Shown here piece after piece: positions 41,968 through 51,525 of a DNA stretch of 56,864 nt. Made by a program: the position numbers and the translations under genes. Below the pieces are notes generated by a model that saw nothing but the letters and a program-made list of their open reading frames with translations, did not search any database and had not been told where the DNA came from. How positions within the stretch are numbered: the first letter of the stretch is position 1; each line of letters begins with the position of its first letter. The stretch covers positions 1-56,864 of IMG/VR virus record IMGVR_UViG_3300028392_000077. One strand, given 5' to 3'. This stretch comes from a virus. Its lineage: Duplodnaviria; Caudoviricetes.

Positions 41968-42588
41968 ATGACATCTAAACTCACACAAATTACAGAACAA
42001 AAATCGTCAGCCCAACTCGAAACAATGAGTAGGGAGTCCATTACTTGGCTCAATAGAAAGATGAGTCAATTAAAAAATCCAGGAAATATTCGTCGCGATA
42101 TTTCTAGAGAAAAGGACAGATATGTTCGTGCAACATCGTTAGGATACTCCGGTAAATTTCTATTGGGTGGATTATATTTTTTTTATTATAATCCAAAAAC
42201 GAAAGATAGTTTACCATATTATGATACTTTTCCATTGGTAATGCCATTAGAGAAGTATGGAGATGGATTTTTGGGTTTGAATTTTCATTATCTGCCAGTA
42301 AGATATAGAATGGTGTTTATGAAAAAACTTGTGGGCAGAGCGATATATGATGAGAATGATGAAATAAAAAGAGTTAAAATAACATATGACATTCTTTCTG
42401 CCTCCAGAAGATATAAAGAATTCAGACCTTGTTTGAAGAGATATTTGGTCTCACATATAAAGTCTAAAATTATGGCAGTACAACCTGAAGAATGGGATGT
42501 TGCATCAATGTTACCCGTACAAGCATTCAGGAAAGCACCAGTATCAGAAGTATGGTCGGATTCACTAGAAGAGATTAAGAATCAGTAA
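41968..42588 (+). CDS. gp2: DNA end protector gp2
   Basis: Y.PK.K..LPYYD.FPLV, GFLGLNFHYLP and PCLKRYL..H motifs. Confidence 0.92.
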   Translation: MTSKLTQITEQKSSAQLETMSRESITWLNRKMSQLKNPGNIRRDISREKDRYVRATSLGYSGKFLLGGLYFFYYNPKTKDSLPYYDTFPLVMPLEKYGDGFLGLNFHYLPVRYRMVFMKKLVGRAIYDENDEIKRVKITYDILSASRRYKEFRPCLKRYLVSHIKSKIMAVQPEEWDVASMLPVQAFRKAPVSEVWSDSLEEIKNQ

Positions 42589-42589
42589 A

Positions 42590-43174
42590 ATGGCAAAAGA
42601 TATAAGACAATTTGCTTCAAGTTTCAAACAAGATCCTGCAAGAGCAGCCAGATTTGATGCTTATATTATTATACCACCCATTCTTGCAATCATGTATGGT
42701 ACTGTCACCAAACAACTTTCACTTAGATGTGAGATGACGGAATTACCTGGAAGAACATTTAATGTAACCGAAAGGAAATTTGGTTCGGCACCAGTGCAGA
42801 AAGTACCATATCAATCTTTATATTCAGATGTTAATATGACATTCATTGTATCTGGAGATATGACTGAACGTCTGGTATTTGATCAGTGGATGGAACTAAT
42901 TAATCCATCGTCAACATACAACTTTAAATATAAATCGGATTATGTTACCGATATTGTAATTCGACAATATGACTTACAAAATAATCTGACATATGCTTCG
43001 GTATTAATTGATGCTTTTCCCCTTGCAGTTAATCAATTGGATTTAGATTGGACATCTGACAACTATCATAGACTGTCAGTGACATTTGCATACACCAACT
43101 GGCAAGAAGGAACAGTTATTGCTAATTTGAAGAATCTTGGATCTCAGGTCCTTGGTGGTCTTCTGGGTATTTAA
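42590..43174 (+). CDS. gp54: Tail tube initiator / tube-like protein (gp54/gp19 family)
   Basis: LRCE..ELPGR, F..WM..I and DAFP..V..L.L.W....RLSVTFAY motifs. Confidence 0.72.
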   Translation: MAKDIRQFASSFKQDPARAARFDAYIIIPPILAIMYGTVTKQLSLRCEMTELPGRTFNVTERKFGSAPVQKVPYQSLYSDVNMTFIVSGDMTERLVFDQWMELINPSSTYNFKYKSDYVTDIVIRQYDLQNNLTYASVLIDAFPLAVNQLDLDWTSDNYHRLSVTFAYTNWQEGTVIANLKNLGSQVLGGLLGI

Positions 43175-43195
43175 TTAAAATGAAATGAGGTTGAA

Positions 43196-43921
43196 ATGGC
43201 TTTACCACGAATTGATTGTCCTGTATTTGAAATAAAATTACCACTTTCAAATAAAAATATTAAGTTTCGTCCATTCCTTGTCAAAGAGCAAAAGAATCTT
43301 CTTATGGCTCTAGAGGCAGATGACAAACAAACGATAGAAAGAAATATTAAACAGATTCTACATAACTGTACAATATCGGAAGATGTTAATATTGAGTCAT
43401 TGCCCGTTGTAGATGTGGAATACTATTTCATTAATCTTCGTGCAAAATCAGTGGGTGAAATTGTAGAAAACAATTATATTTGCAACAATGAAGTTGACGA
43501 TAATAAATGTGGAAATAAAATGAAAGTATTCATTGACTTGAATACTATTCAAGTTGATGATGTTAAACCTGAAGATTCTCTCATTAAATTGACTGATACA
43601 ATCTCTATCAAATTGAAGTATCCTGAATTTTCTATTGTTGAAAGATTATCTGAAACGGACAACACAGTCGAAGCTGCATTTAAAGTAATTGTTGATTCAA
43701 TTGAATATATTTTCGATGGAGATCAATACTATTATGCCAATGAGACTGATCCTAAAGAACTCATGGAGTTCATTGAATCATTAAATCAGGATCAATTTGG
43801 AAGATTGGAGAAGTTCTTTGAAAGTCTTCCAAAAATAAAGAAAGATATAGAGATTAAGTGCAGTAAGTGTGGTTTTGATCACTCTATTACTGTGGAGGGT
43901 CTCGAAAATTTTTTCGGATAA
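43196..43921 (+). CDS. gp26: Baseplate hub assembly protein gp26
   Basis: MALP.I..P.FE..LP....IKFRPFLVKE.K.LLMA, LRAKSVGE, C..CG and EGL.NFF motifs. Confidence 0.9.
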   Translation: MALPRIDCPVFEIKLPLSNKNIKFRPFLVKEQKNLLMALEADDKQTIERNIKQILHNCTISEDVNIESLPVVDVEYYFINLRAKSVGEIVENNYICNNEVDDNKCGNKMKVFIDLNTIQVDDVKPEDSLIKLTDTISIKLKYPEFSIVERLSETDNTVEAAFKVIVDSIEYIFDGDQYYYANETDPKELMEFIESLNQDQFGRLEKFFESLPKIKKDIEIKCSKCGFDHSITVEGLENFFG

Positions 43922-44109
43922 CTTTTCGTCATGATAACTTAGAGAATTATTACAGGACCAATTTTTCGTTGATGCAACATCACAAGTACAGTTTAACTGA
44001 ACTTGAAAATATGTTGGTGTGGGAACGAGATATCTATGTTACTTTGTTGATTCAGTATATTGCAGAAGAAAACGAAAAGATAAAACAGAAACAACAAACA
44101 AGACGATAA
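43909..44109 (+). CDS. gp51: gp51 hub assembly protein in the -1 frame relative to gp26 (own ATG at 43972, or reached by frameshift)
   Basis: Not in ORF track. Frame reads FFRITFRHDNLENYYRTNFSLMQHHKYSLTELENMLVWERDIYVTLLIQYIAEENEKIKQKQQTRR*; LMQHHKYSL.E.ENM..WER.IY is the gp51 signature. Confidence 0.85.
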   Translation, partial: FFRITFRHDNLENYYRTNFSLMQHHKYSLTELENMLVWERDIYVTLLIQYIAEENEKIKQKQQTRR

Positions 44110-46211
44110 TGGCATACTTACCAACAGTTAACGATTTATCTACGGACCGTAGTAAAAGTGCGGAAAGTACATCCAATATAGTTAATTCTCTATCTGGAAG
44201 AATGAAACTGACCTCTTCCAATAAAAGTGTTATTGCTCCATCTGAGAAAAATACTGTCGTTGAATCTACCGTTGGTTCGAGTGATAAAACATCAGATGTT
44301 CTGACCAAACTATATGATTTCGTTGTGAAAGATTATAGTGAAAAAGACATACTAACTGATGTTGATACCGCCGAACGTGAAATTTATGAGAATAATGCTC
44401 GTGACAGAATTTTATCCTTAATACGTGCGATTCCCAATTTTATACAAAAAGAAAAAGAAGATAAAGAAGGTATACTGAGTAAACTTTGGAGATACTTCAA
44501 ATACTTCACTTTTGGTAAAATGGTTTACAATAATTGGGATAAAATTTCAAAATTGTTAGGTCTCGAAAAACTGACAGAATCCGTTAGAAGTATATCGGAA
44601 GAGTTGGGCATTACAAAAATCATCGATAATATAAAATCCACTATCGATGATATAATGCAGAATTTTTCTTTAGGTACATCAAACATGTCAATAACTGGTG
44701 GTGGTCCAATTGATCCATCAAAATATGATGTTATGATTAAAAAAATAGGTTCTGAAGAAGGAGTTGATCCTGCTCTGATAAAATCTATTATGAAGGCTGA
44801 GAGTGGTTTCAATCCAATGGCAAAATCACCTAAGGGTGCTATGGGTTTGATGCAGCTGATGCCTGCTACCGCCGGTAGATTTGGAGTAAAGGATGCTTCT
44901 GATCCGGAACAGAATATTAGAGGTGGAACAAAATACCTTAAATTTTTATCGAAAAAATATCAAGGAGATTTGACAAGAATTATATCTGCATACAATGCTG
45001 GTGAAGGTAATGTTGACAAGTATGGAGGTATACCACCATTTAAAGAAACTAAGGAATATGTGAAAAAAGTTTCTGGATATATGAAAGAAACTCCAATTAA
45101 TTCTCAGGCCGGAACCAACACTGTACCCGAGTCTCCTGCTGTACCAAAGAAAGAAGATAAATCAGTATTTTCTGTCGCACCAAAAAAAGATGTATTTGAA
45201 ACAAAATCTGCTGTAGAAAATGTTTTTGAAACAACTACGCCCAAATCAAAAAAAACAGAACCAAAAAAAGAAATTACTGCAACAAGAGTTTCAAAGAAAG
45301 AAGATGAACCAGGTGAAGTGGGATCTAATGCTAGTGGTAAAACACAACAAAAAGAAGTGCCGCAAGGTATAGCAACTGAAAATGATATTAAAGGTTTACA
45401 ATTTCACGGTCATATGAGAAAAGGTGTGTCGAATCCAGAATCATATGAAAAACAAATAACAAAATTTCAAGCAGATAAATTGCAAAAATTGAAGAGTAAA
45501 TTGGGTCTCAGCTCACTGAATATCAATTCAGGAAGAAGATCAAAACAATATAACTCCCTTCTTGAAGGTTCGGCAGAGAATTCGGAACACATCAATGGTC
45601 GAGCTACTGATATCGATACGAGTGGTATGACAGACGACCAACGAGTCGCTTTTGTTCGTGCAGCATCCGAAGTTGGATTTGGTGGAATTGGGATTTATAG
45701 AACCTTTATACATCTAGATACAGGTAAAGTGAGAACATGGCCGGGTGCTGGAGTAAAATTATCTTCGGATATGCAAGGTGTATTATTTAATCATCAATCG
45801 GGTCGTCGTGGTAAAGATACTGATACCAGCAAAATGTCACCAGGAATTAATGAACCTGGAGAATTGTCATCAGCTCAACAAAGTAAACAACAAAGTCAAC
45901 AACAAAGTCAAGCCCCATCAAAACCTAAAAGTTTAATGGAGATGGCAATCGAGTCTTATAAGAATAATGTTCAGGTGATGAACAATTTATTATCTCCTGA
46001 AGGTATAAAAAAATTAGAAGAAGGACTTATAAATTTTGTGGAAAATATACCCAAAAAAGAAAAATTTGTTCCTGATTTGGGTGCAATGATGCAACAGAAT
46101 AATTATGTTCTGAATAATGTTCAAGAACAGAAAATGATATTACAGAATTCTTCGCCATTACAAAATGATTTGCCTCAATTATTACAACAATTTCTTAACG
46201 AACATCAATAA
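44109..46211 (+). CDS. Tape-measure/hub-like protein with soluble lytic transglycosylase and peptidase M15 domains
   Basis: Start moved to 44109 (TAATG). SLT: IMKAESGFNP.A.SPKGAMGLMQLMP, AYNAGEG, ETKEYV. M15: INSGRR...S.H..GRA.DI...GIGIY..FIHLD. Confidence 0.85.
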   Translation: MAYLPTVNDLSTDRSKSAESTSNIVNSLSGRMKLTSSNKSVIAPSEKNTVVESTVGSSDKTSDVLTKLYDFVVKDYSEKDILTDVDTAEREIYENNARDRILSLIRAIPNFIQKEKEDKEGILSKLWRYFKYFTFGKMVYNNWDKISKLLGLEKLTESVRSISEELGITKIIDNIKSTIDDIMQNFSLGTSNMSITGGGPIDPSKYDVMIKKIGSEEGVDPALIKSIMKAESGFNPMAKSPKGAMGLMQLMPATAGRFGVKDASDPEQNIRGGTKYLKFLSKKYQGDLTRIISAYNAGEGNVDKYGGIPPFKETKEYVKKVSGYMKETPINSQAGTNTVPESPAVPKKEDKSVFSVAPKKDVFETKSAVENVFETTTPKSKKTEPKKEITATRVSKKEDEPGEVGSNASGKTQQKEVPQGIATENDIKGLQFHGHMRKGVSNPESYEKQITKFQADKLQKLKSKLGLSSLNINSGRRSKQYNSLLEGSAENSEHINGRATDIDTSGMTDDQRVAFVRAASEVGFGGIGIYRTFIHLDTGKVRTWPGAGVKLSSDMQGVLFNHQSGRRGKDTDTSKMSPGINEPGELSSAQQSKQQSQQQSQAPSKPKSLMEMAIESYKNNVQVMNNLLSPEGIKKLEEGLINFVENIPKKEKFVPDLGAMMQQNNYVLNNVQEQKMILQNSSPLQNDLPQLLQQFLNEHQ

Positions 46212-46213
46212 CA

Positions 46214-48502
46214 ATGGCTAAAGTAAAAAGTTCAAAATTCTCAAAGATTCTCAAAGATATTCGTTCGAGTAATGAACAAACAGATATTGGTATTTCCGAT
46301 CTGAGAAGAGATGTTAATGATTTAGAAAATACAGTTCTACTAATCATGGAAAAAATTAGAAGAATTGAGAAATATCCAGTTGTTCAGACCAAAAAAGGAA
46401 AATTGATACCCACAAAACTTGATGTGGATACTACTGCTATTCCCGCCAATGACCAAACTGTTGGTGGCGATATAAACAATGAAACATCGAAGAATATATT
46501 AATCAAGATGTATAATTTCATGGTTCGAAATTCTGAGAAGCAAAAAAATAAAGATGATAAAGAAAGAAAACAAAAAAGAACATTAGAGAAAAAGAAAGAT
46601 ATTGATTATCGAAAGGAAATGCTCAAGGCTGGATTAGATCCAAAATTCTTTAGGAAACGTGGATTACTGGAAAAGGTGGGTACTGGTCTTAAATGGACTA
46701 CATTTGCTGCGATTGGATTAGGAATATCTGGTCTGGTTTATTTGTTTATTGATGAGATTAAAGTGATGGGCAAAGGCCTTAAGGAATCACTGGGTTCTTT
46801 GGGTGAATTTTTGTCTCAAAAATTTGGAATATTTAAAACATTTTATGAAGATTTAAAAGCTTTCATTGGAAAATATGTGTTGGATAATCCTGTAGTTAAA
46901 TGGATGAAAGGACAGATTGATGCTGTTTTTGCTTCCGAAGGACCTCTAGGATTTATATCAACCAAATTAGACAATCTTATAACAGAGGTTGTAAAAGCAT
47001 TCAGTGAAATGAAAGATTGGGTATCTTCTTTAATTGAACCTATCATTAAAATTATGCAGAATCCTAAAGAATTTCTCAAAGACAGTTTCAAGGATATCAC
47101 CAAAGGATTGGTTATTGCACTAAAAGGTGGCATCAGTGGTACTATAGGAAGAATGTTTGGTGGTGCCAGTGCGATTTCTTCCAAAATAATAGAAGCTAGA
47201 TCAGAATCACAAAAGAATCTTTATGGTGAAGAATATTATAAAGAAACTGAAAAATTTCTCGATTCAATACCCGCGAAAGTTGCAAAAGATATCATAAAGA
47301 GATTTTTATTCAAAGGTGACTGGCAAGATAAAATCAATGCATCACATTTTATGGATTCATCAGATACACTTTCCGGTGAACAAAAAAGAATTGCTGTTGA
47401 TATGATGATTCAATATCCAGCATTGAAAGAAAATTTGTCTTCTGCTGGATTTATTGATAGTGGAAGAGATTTGTCCATGAAGGAAAAGTTTCTACCATTA
47501 GGTTTGCCTGGTCAGGAATCACCCACTGAAACATATGCTAAAGAATTCAAACAAAAGACAGGAATGGATGCATATGGATTCAGAGACGAACGTCAGAAAC
47601 AAGAAAAGACAATACAGGAATTAGGTAAAAAAAGAATTGAAAATTTCTTTGTTAAGAATCTTGAAGGATATTCTGTTGTTAATGCAGAAGAATCTTTACG
47701 TTCCAGTAGTGGAATATCGATTAAGAATCCCGAAGGAGATATAATTAATTCAGTTAATGATCCCGAAAAATTCTATGAACTGTTAATTAAAGCAAAAATA
47801 TTTGATTCTGCTAAAGATATCAAGAGTCGAGTGATGGATTCCGATGCAGTCAAGAAATTGGAGGAAATGCAGAAAGAGGTGGTCGATCTTAAAAAGAAAG
47901 CTGAAGAATGGTCAGAGAGTACTGCAATTCCATCAGTACAGTCTGCGGCACGTACTGTCGGTGATACTGCAACCGCAGTTGTTTCATCAGTAAGACAAGA
48001 ATTTGGTGAAGTATCTACGCCCGAAGAAGCAATGGTTGCCACCGGAAATCTGGCATCAAAAGCAACAAATGCAGTTACCGAAAGTGTTATTAAACCTCTT
48101 GCGGAAAAAACAAGTAAGTTTACTGCTGATGATTTGTTTAGTGTGGCTAATAAATCTTACGATGTGATGCAAAAAGGAATAGGTGAGGTTATTGGTGTTG
48201 CCAACAAATTCAGTAATTGGGACGAGGCCTCGAAATTTATTGGTGGTTTTACTGGACAACAAAAAGTAGAAGAGAATCTAACACCAGAACAAAGAAGAAC
48301 TGAGGTTAGTCAAGATCCCAACGAAGATCCATTTCATTTGCAGACCATGTTTGATCAATCCAAAGAAAGAATCGCGCCGGTTAATAAAATAGTTAACAAT
48401 AAAGGATCAACATCATCCACTGATAACTTTGCTTTTCCACCGGTTAGAAACTCTGATCCATCCAAGAAATGGTGTGTGATAGATTCACTTTGTAAACCAT
48501 AA
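46214..48502 (+). CDS. Tape-measure-like helical protein with a transmembrane segment
   Basis: 762 aa, largely helical; hydrophobic WTTFAAIGLGISGLVYLFI; position after gp26/gp51. Confidence 0.55.
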   Translation: MAKVKSSKFSKILKDIRSSNEQTDIGISDLRRDVNDLENTVLLIMEKIRRIEKYPVVQTKKGKLIPTKLDVDTTAIPANDQTVGGDINNETSKNILIKMYNFMVRNSEKQKNKDDKERKQKRTLEKKKDIDYRKEMLKAGLDPKFFRKRGLLEKVGTGLKWTTFAAIGLGISGLVYLFIDEIKVMGKGLKESLGSLGEFLSQKFGIFKTFYEDLKAFIGKYVLDNPVVKWMKGQIDAVFASEGPLGFISTKLDNLITEVVKAFSEMKDWVSSLIEPIIKIMQNPKEFLKDSFKDITKGLVIALKGGISGTIGRMFGGASAISSKIIEARSESQKNLYGEEYYKETEKFLDSIPAKVAKDIIKRFLFKGDWQDKINASHFMDSSDTLSGEQKRIAVDMMIQYPALKENLSSAGFIDSGRDLSMKEKFLPLGLPGQESPTETYAKEFKQKTGMDAYGFRDERQKQEKTIQELGKKRIENFFVKNLEGYSVVNAEESLRSSSGISIKNPEGDIINSVNDPEKFYELLIKAKIFDSAKDIKSRVMDSDAVKKLEEMQKEVVDLKKKAEEWSESTAIPSVQSAARTVGDTATAVVSSVRQEFGEVSTPEEAMVATGNLASKATNAVTESVIKPLAEKTSKFTADDLFSVANKSYDVMQKGIGEVIGVANKFSNWDEASKFIGGFTGQQKVEENLTPEQRRTEVSQDPNEDPFHLQTMFDQSKERIAPVNKIVNNKGSTSSTDNFAFPPVRNSDPSKKWCVIDSLCKP

Positions 48503-48529
48503 AAAGAACCCCGCCGAAGCGGGGTTTTT
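48501..48529. terminator. Bidirectional intrinsic terminator with a C(UUCG)G tetraloop on the minus strand
   Basis: AAAAAG-AACCCCGC-CGAA-GCGGGGTT-TTT between convergent genes. Confidence 0.92.
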
Positions 48530-48544
48530 AGATTTAACAGGAGA

Positions 48545-49444
48545 TTAATCTTCTTCTTCAGCCAACTTGGAGAAATATGCAAGATCATCGTCTTCCTCGA
48601 TGGTCGCAGTATCTTTCCATGGTGAATCATCAGCAACAGGTTTCGTCTTCACCTGTTCACGAATAGTTTCAACAGTTGTCTTAGGCTTCACATCACCAGA
48701 TAGACCCAATACACGGTCGAGACGAGTCTTCATTTCATCATATGACTTGAACTCCTTATCTGAAACAAATTCCAGAATAGAATGTTCAGACTTCCAAATC
48801 TTCTCCAATTGTTCATCGGAGAAGTTGCCTAGAGTTGATGCGGATTCAAACTCTGAAGAATCATAATTCTGATAACCAGCAATCTTACGAATCTTCATCT
48901 TGAAGTTGGCACCAGTCCACAGATCAAAAGGATTAATTGGAGATTCATCTTCAAATGCAGGATTCATTGCTTCGGTAATCTTATCAAAGATCTTCTTACC
49001 AAACTTGAACAAGAATACCTTGCCTTCATTCTCAGGATGCTTAGGATCTGAAACAACATAAACATTTGAGATATAAGTTAACTTACGCTTCTGCTTACGA
49101 ACAATGTCCTTGTTCGCTTCAATACCTGAATTCCAAAGTGCAGAATTGTGTTCACATACAGGACACGTCTGATTCTTAGTTGTCAGACAGTTATCAATCA
49201 ACCATCCACCCGGACCCTGAAACCCGTGAGTGAATACTTTCACCCATGGAAGTGCATCATCACCATCAACCTCAGGTGCAGGAAGGAATCGAATGGTAGC
49301 AATACCATTACCTGCCTTGTCTACCTCAGGCTTCCAGAATAAATGTGAATTGTCACCACCAGAATCGGAAGTGTTGAGTTGTTCGAGCGCCTTGGCGAGT
49401 TTGTCCAAATTACCAGATTGACGCTTTAGATTTGCAAATGACAT
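48545..49444 (-). CDS. gp32: Single-stranded DNA-binding protein gp32
   Basis: FWKPEVDKAGNG.A.IRFLPAP, HGFQGPGGW.I.NCLTT, CPVCE, FKFGKKIFDKI and an acidic tail. Confidence 0.96.
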   Translation of the reverse strand: MSFANLKRQSGNLDKLAKALEQLNTSDSGGDNSHLFWKPEVDKAGNGIATIRFLPAPEVDGDDALPWVKVFTHGFQGPGGWLIDNCLTTKNQTCPVCEHNSALWNSGIEANKDIVRKQKRKLTYISNVYVVSDPKHPENEGKVFLFKFGKKIFDKITEAMNPAFEDESPINPFDLWTGANFKMKIRKIAGYQNYDSSEFESASTLGNFSDEQLEKIWKSEHSILEFVSDKEFKSYDEMKTRLDRVLGLSGDVKPKTTVETIREQVKTKPVADDSPWKDTATIEEDDDLAYFSKLAEEED

Positions 49445-49505
49445 ATTTTACCTCTTGTATAACGGAGTATTAACGGATTGTCCACATGATTCATAATAAA
49501 AAAGT

Positions 49506-49534
49506 ATTGTATCATAATATATTACATTTGTCAA
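49506..49534 (-). promoter_or_regulatory. sigma70 promoter for gp32
   Basis: TTGACA-17-TACAAT with extended TG; a late GATAAATA also lies at 49540-49547. Confidence 0.8.
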
Positions 49535-49545
49535 CTTTATATTTA

Positions 49546-50154
49546 TCACATTTCCATTATCTTTTTCTTGAGAAAATTCTTAAATTTTACCTTGTCATAG
49601 GTAATAAATGGTGTATACTTCTCAATCTTCCTTTTCCATTCTGGCCATAAAATATCATCTGATACCTTCGTGGTCCACATAGGAGTAAAGTTCATTAGAT
49701 CATTGAGAATACATAAAGATTCTACCTCAATGCTACCTTGCATTGCTATCTCAAGCAGTTTGGGATAGTTACCTGAATTCACCACCAGAAGTTCATCTGG
49801 TTTGTTTACCTGATTGAGAATGTAATCCACATCTTGGTCAAAAATGTATGTAAGGCTTTGATTACGTTTCTTCCATTTAGTATAAGCTTCTTCACCGGAT
49901 TCACCTGTTATATCACCTACCCACTTGACTCCACGATCCACAAAATTGGAAACATAGAAATACACCAACTCTTCAAGTGAATATCTTCTTGAGAGTTTGT
50001 GGAAATAATATTTGTCCTTTCTTTTTAGAAAGGTATCTTTAGATACGTTAGTCTTGCCATTATATTTAAAGTAATCATATGATTTTGAACTGAAGTGTAG
50101 GTGAATGGCATTGTAAATTGCATATGCTGCAAAACCAGTTCCTTCTTCCATCAT
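49546..50154 (-). CDS. gp59: Helicase loader gp59
   Basis: Y.AI.LHF....YDYFKYNGK, F.KRKDKY.F.KL and KY.PF motifs; adjacent to gp32. Confidence 0.88.
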   Translation of the reverse strand: MMEEGTGFAAYAIYNAIHLHFSSKSYDYFKYNGKTNVSKDTFLKRKDKYYFHKLSRRYSLEELVYFYVSNFVDRGVKWVGDITGESGEEAYTKWKKRNQSLTYIFDQDVDYILNQVNKPDELLVVNSGNYPKLLEIAMQGSIEVESLCILNDLMNFTPMWTTKVSDDILWPEWKRKIEKYTPFITYDKVKFKNFLKKKIMEM

Positions 50155-50378
50155 ATGGGTAATCGGGAACTTCGCCTGACTAAATTATCTTTTTCAGATT
50201 CTTCACGAATCTTTGCCTTTAATACATTAGAAATGAGTGTACTAGCCACTTCCACTTCCAATCCCGTAGATTCACAATGATGAACAATGGCATCCAATCT
50301 ATTACACCTTAAATTGAATGCCAGATCCTCAATAGTTGCACTGAAGGTTTGTATTTCTTCTATGTTTGGTTTTGCCAT
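50151..50378 (-). CDS. gp33: Late transcription coactivator gp33
   Basis: F...IE......LDAIV..C....EVE.A..LIS..LK.KI..E and RLPI; gp33-59-32 synteny. Confidence 0.85.
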   Translation of the reverse strand: MAKPNIEEIQTFSATIEDLAFNLRCNRLDAIVHHCESTGLEVEVASTLISNVLKAKIREESEKDNLVRRSSRLPI

Positions 50379-50401
50379 GATTATACCGATTCAAAAATAA
50401 C

Positions 50402-50430
50402 ATTATAACATATAATAAATGACCAGTCAA
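50402..50430 (-). promoter_or_regulatory. sigma70 promoter for gp33-gp59-gp32
   Basis: TTGACT-17-TATAAT with extended TG. Confidence 0.8.
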
Positions 50431-50786
50431 TCTAAAATTTGCAGAGAGACATTTGCAACACCATCCATGCCAATAGCATTCTTGGCACCCAATGATAGAT
50501 CAATAATACGTCCTTTTATAAAAGGACCACGATCATTGATTTTGACTATGACAGATTTATTATTTTTTAGATTTGTTACTTTTACTTTAGTACCAAATTT
50601 AATAGATCGATGTGCCGCAGTTAAACCGTGCATATTATATCGTTCACCTGATGCTGTCTTTCTACCATGATGCGGATAACCGTACCATGATGCAATCCCA
50701 GTTTGGGCCATTAAGTTTGTTGATACTAAAGTCAAAAGAATTATTGACCAAAGTTTTGATTTTAGATGTTTTTTAAAATACATCAT
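50427..50786 (-). CDS. rlpA: RlpA-like lytic transglycosylase (double-psi beta-barrel) with signal peptide
   Basis: [26 protein letters not shown]...FGT.VKVTNL.N..SV.V.INDRGPF..GRIIDLS. Confidence 0.93.
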   Translation of the reverse strand: MMYFKKHLKSKLWSIILLTLVSTNLMAQTGIASWYGYPHHGRKTASGERYNMHGLTAAHRSIKFGTKVKVTNLKNNKSVIVKINDRGPFIKGRIIDLSLGAKNAIGMDGVANVSLQILD

Positions 50787-50963
50787 TTTCTCCTTTTTGA
50801 TTACGAGAACAAAGTTCTCTTGATCTCCAATTACGAATTTGACTTCTTATAACTTTTTATTTTTGGAGTGTTAAACGGGACGGGAGTTGTAAATTCCCTA
50901 TTGAGTCACAGAATCATTATGAAAAGATTTTACCTATGGTTGTTTTAACGAAGTTGTAATATT

Positions 50964-50971
50964 TATTTATA
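50964..50971 (-). promoter_or_regulatory. T4 late promoter TATAAATA heading a ~170-nt leader of the RlpA-like gene
   Basis: Exact consensus just after the upstream stop codon. Confidence 0.7.
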
Positions 50972-50982
50972 ATTATTGGAAT

Positions 50983-51525
50983 TTAATCTTCTAGACGCCA
51001 ATGATAGAATGTATAAATTGCAAATTCATCTGGTTGACAATCCAATCTATCTCTCCAATGAGGATATTTTCGACCTTCCATTAATAGACCAGTGCCTACT
51101 GGAATGACGAAATCTTCTTTATCGGACTTAAACAATTCGATGTGTTGAGTATTTTGATTCCACTCATTACCATCAACAAGACTCAGTTTCGAAACACTGA
51201 GAGGCCATTTTGTTTGAATATTGGAAAAAACACAGATACCCAGAGTTATATCCAATCCTCCTCTGTCTGTGTGAATATCCAATATAGATTCATTTCTATA
51301 AATCCTCGAATAAGAATTCTCAAATTCTATGTTGGGATATTCTTCTCTAACAATATTTTCGACTTGTAACAAATATTTCAAAGTTACTGGTAGATTATAT
51401 GATCCTAGGGAGTTTTTATAATAAGGAGGTTGTTCCTCATGTAATGATCCTTTCGACCACAGTGATTGCATTGCATCCGATACCTGATCGCATTGATCAA
51501 CAGATAATATATTTTCAAACATCAT
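50983..51525 (-). CDS. 2OG-Fe(II) oxygenase-like protein
   Basis: YSRIY....L..HTDR, G....G....HWR and FYHW motifs; start at 51525 or 51522. Confidence 0.75.
   Translation of the reverse strand: MMFENILSVDQCDQVSDAMQSLWSKGSLHEEQPPYYKNSLGSYNLPVTLKYLLQVENIVREEYPNIEFENSYSRIYRNESILDIHTDRGGLDITLGICVFSNIQTKWPLSVSKLSLVDGNEWNQNTQHIELFKSDKEDFVIPVGTGLLMEGRKYPHWRDRLDCQPDEFAIYTFYHWRLED

Noticed and set aside
44019-44108. ORF-track N-terminal extensions (also at 19014, 35237, 38177, 51546, 56654)
   Set aside because: They overlap upstream genes; downstream ATGs match family N-termini and stop-start coupling.
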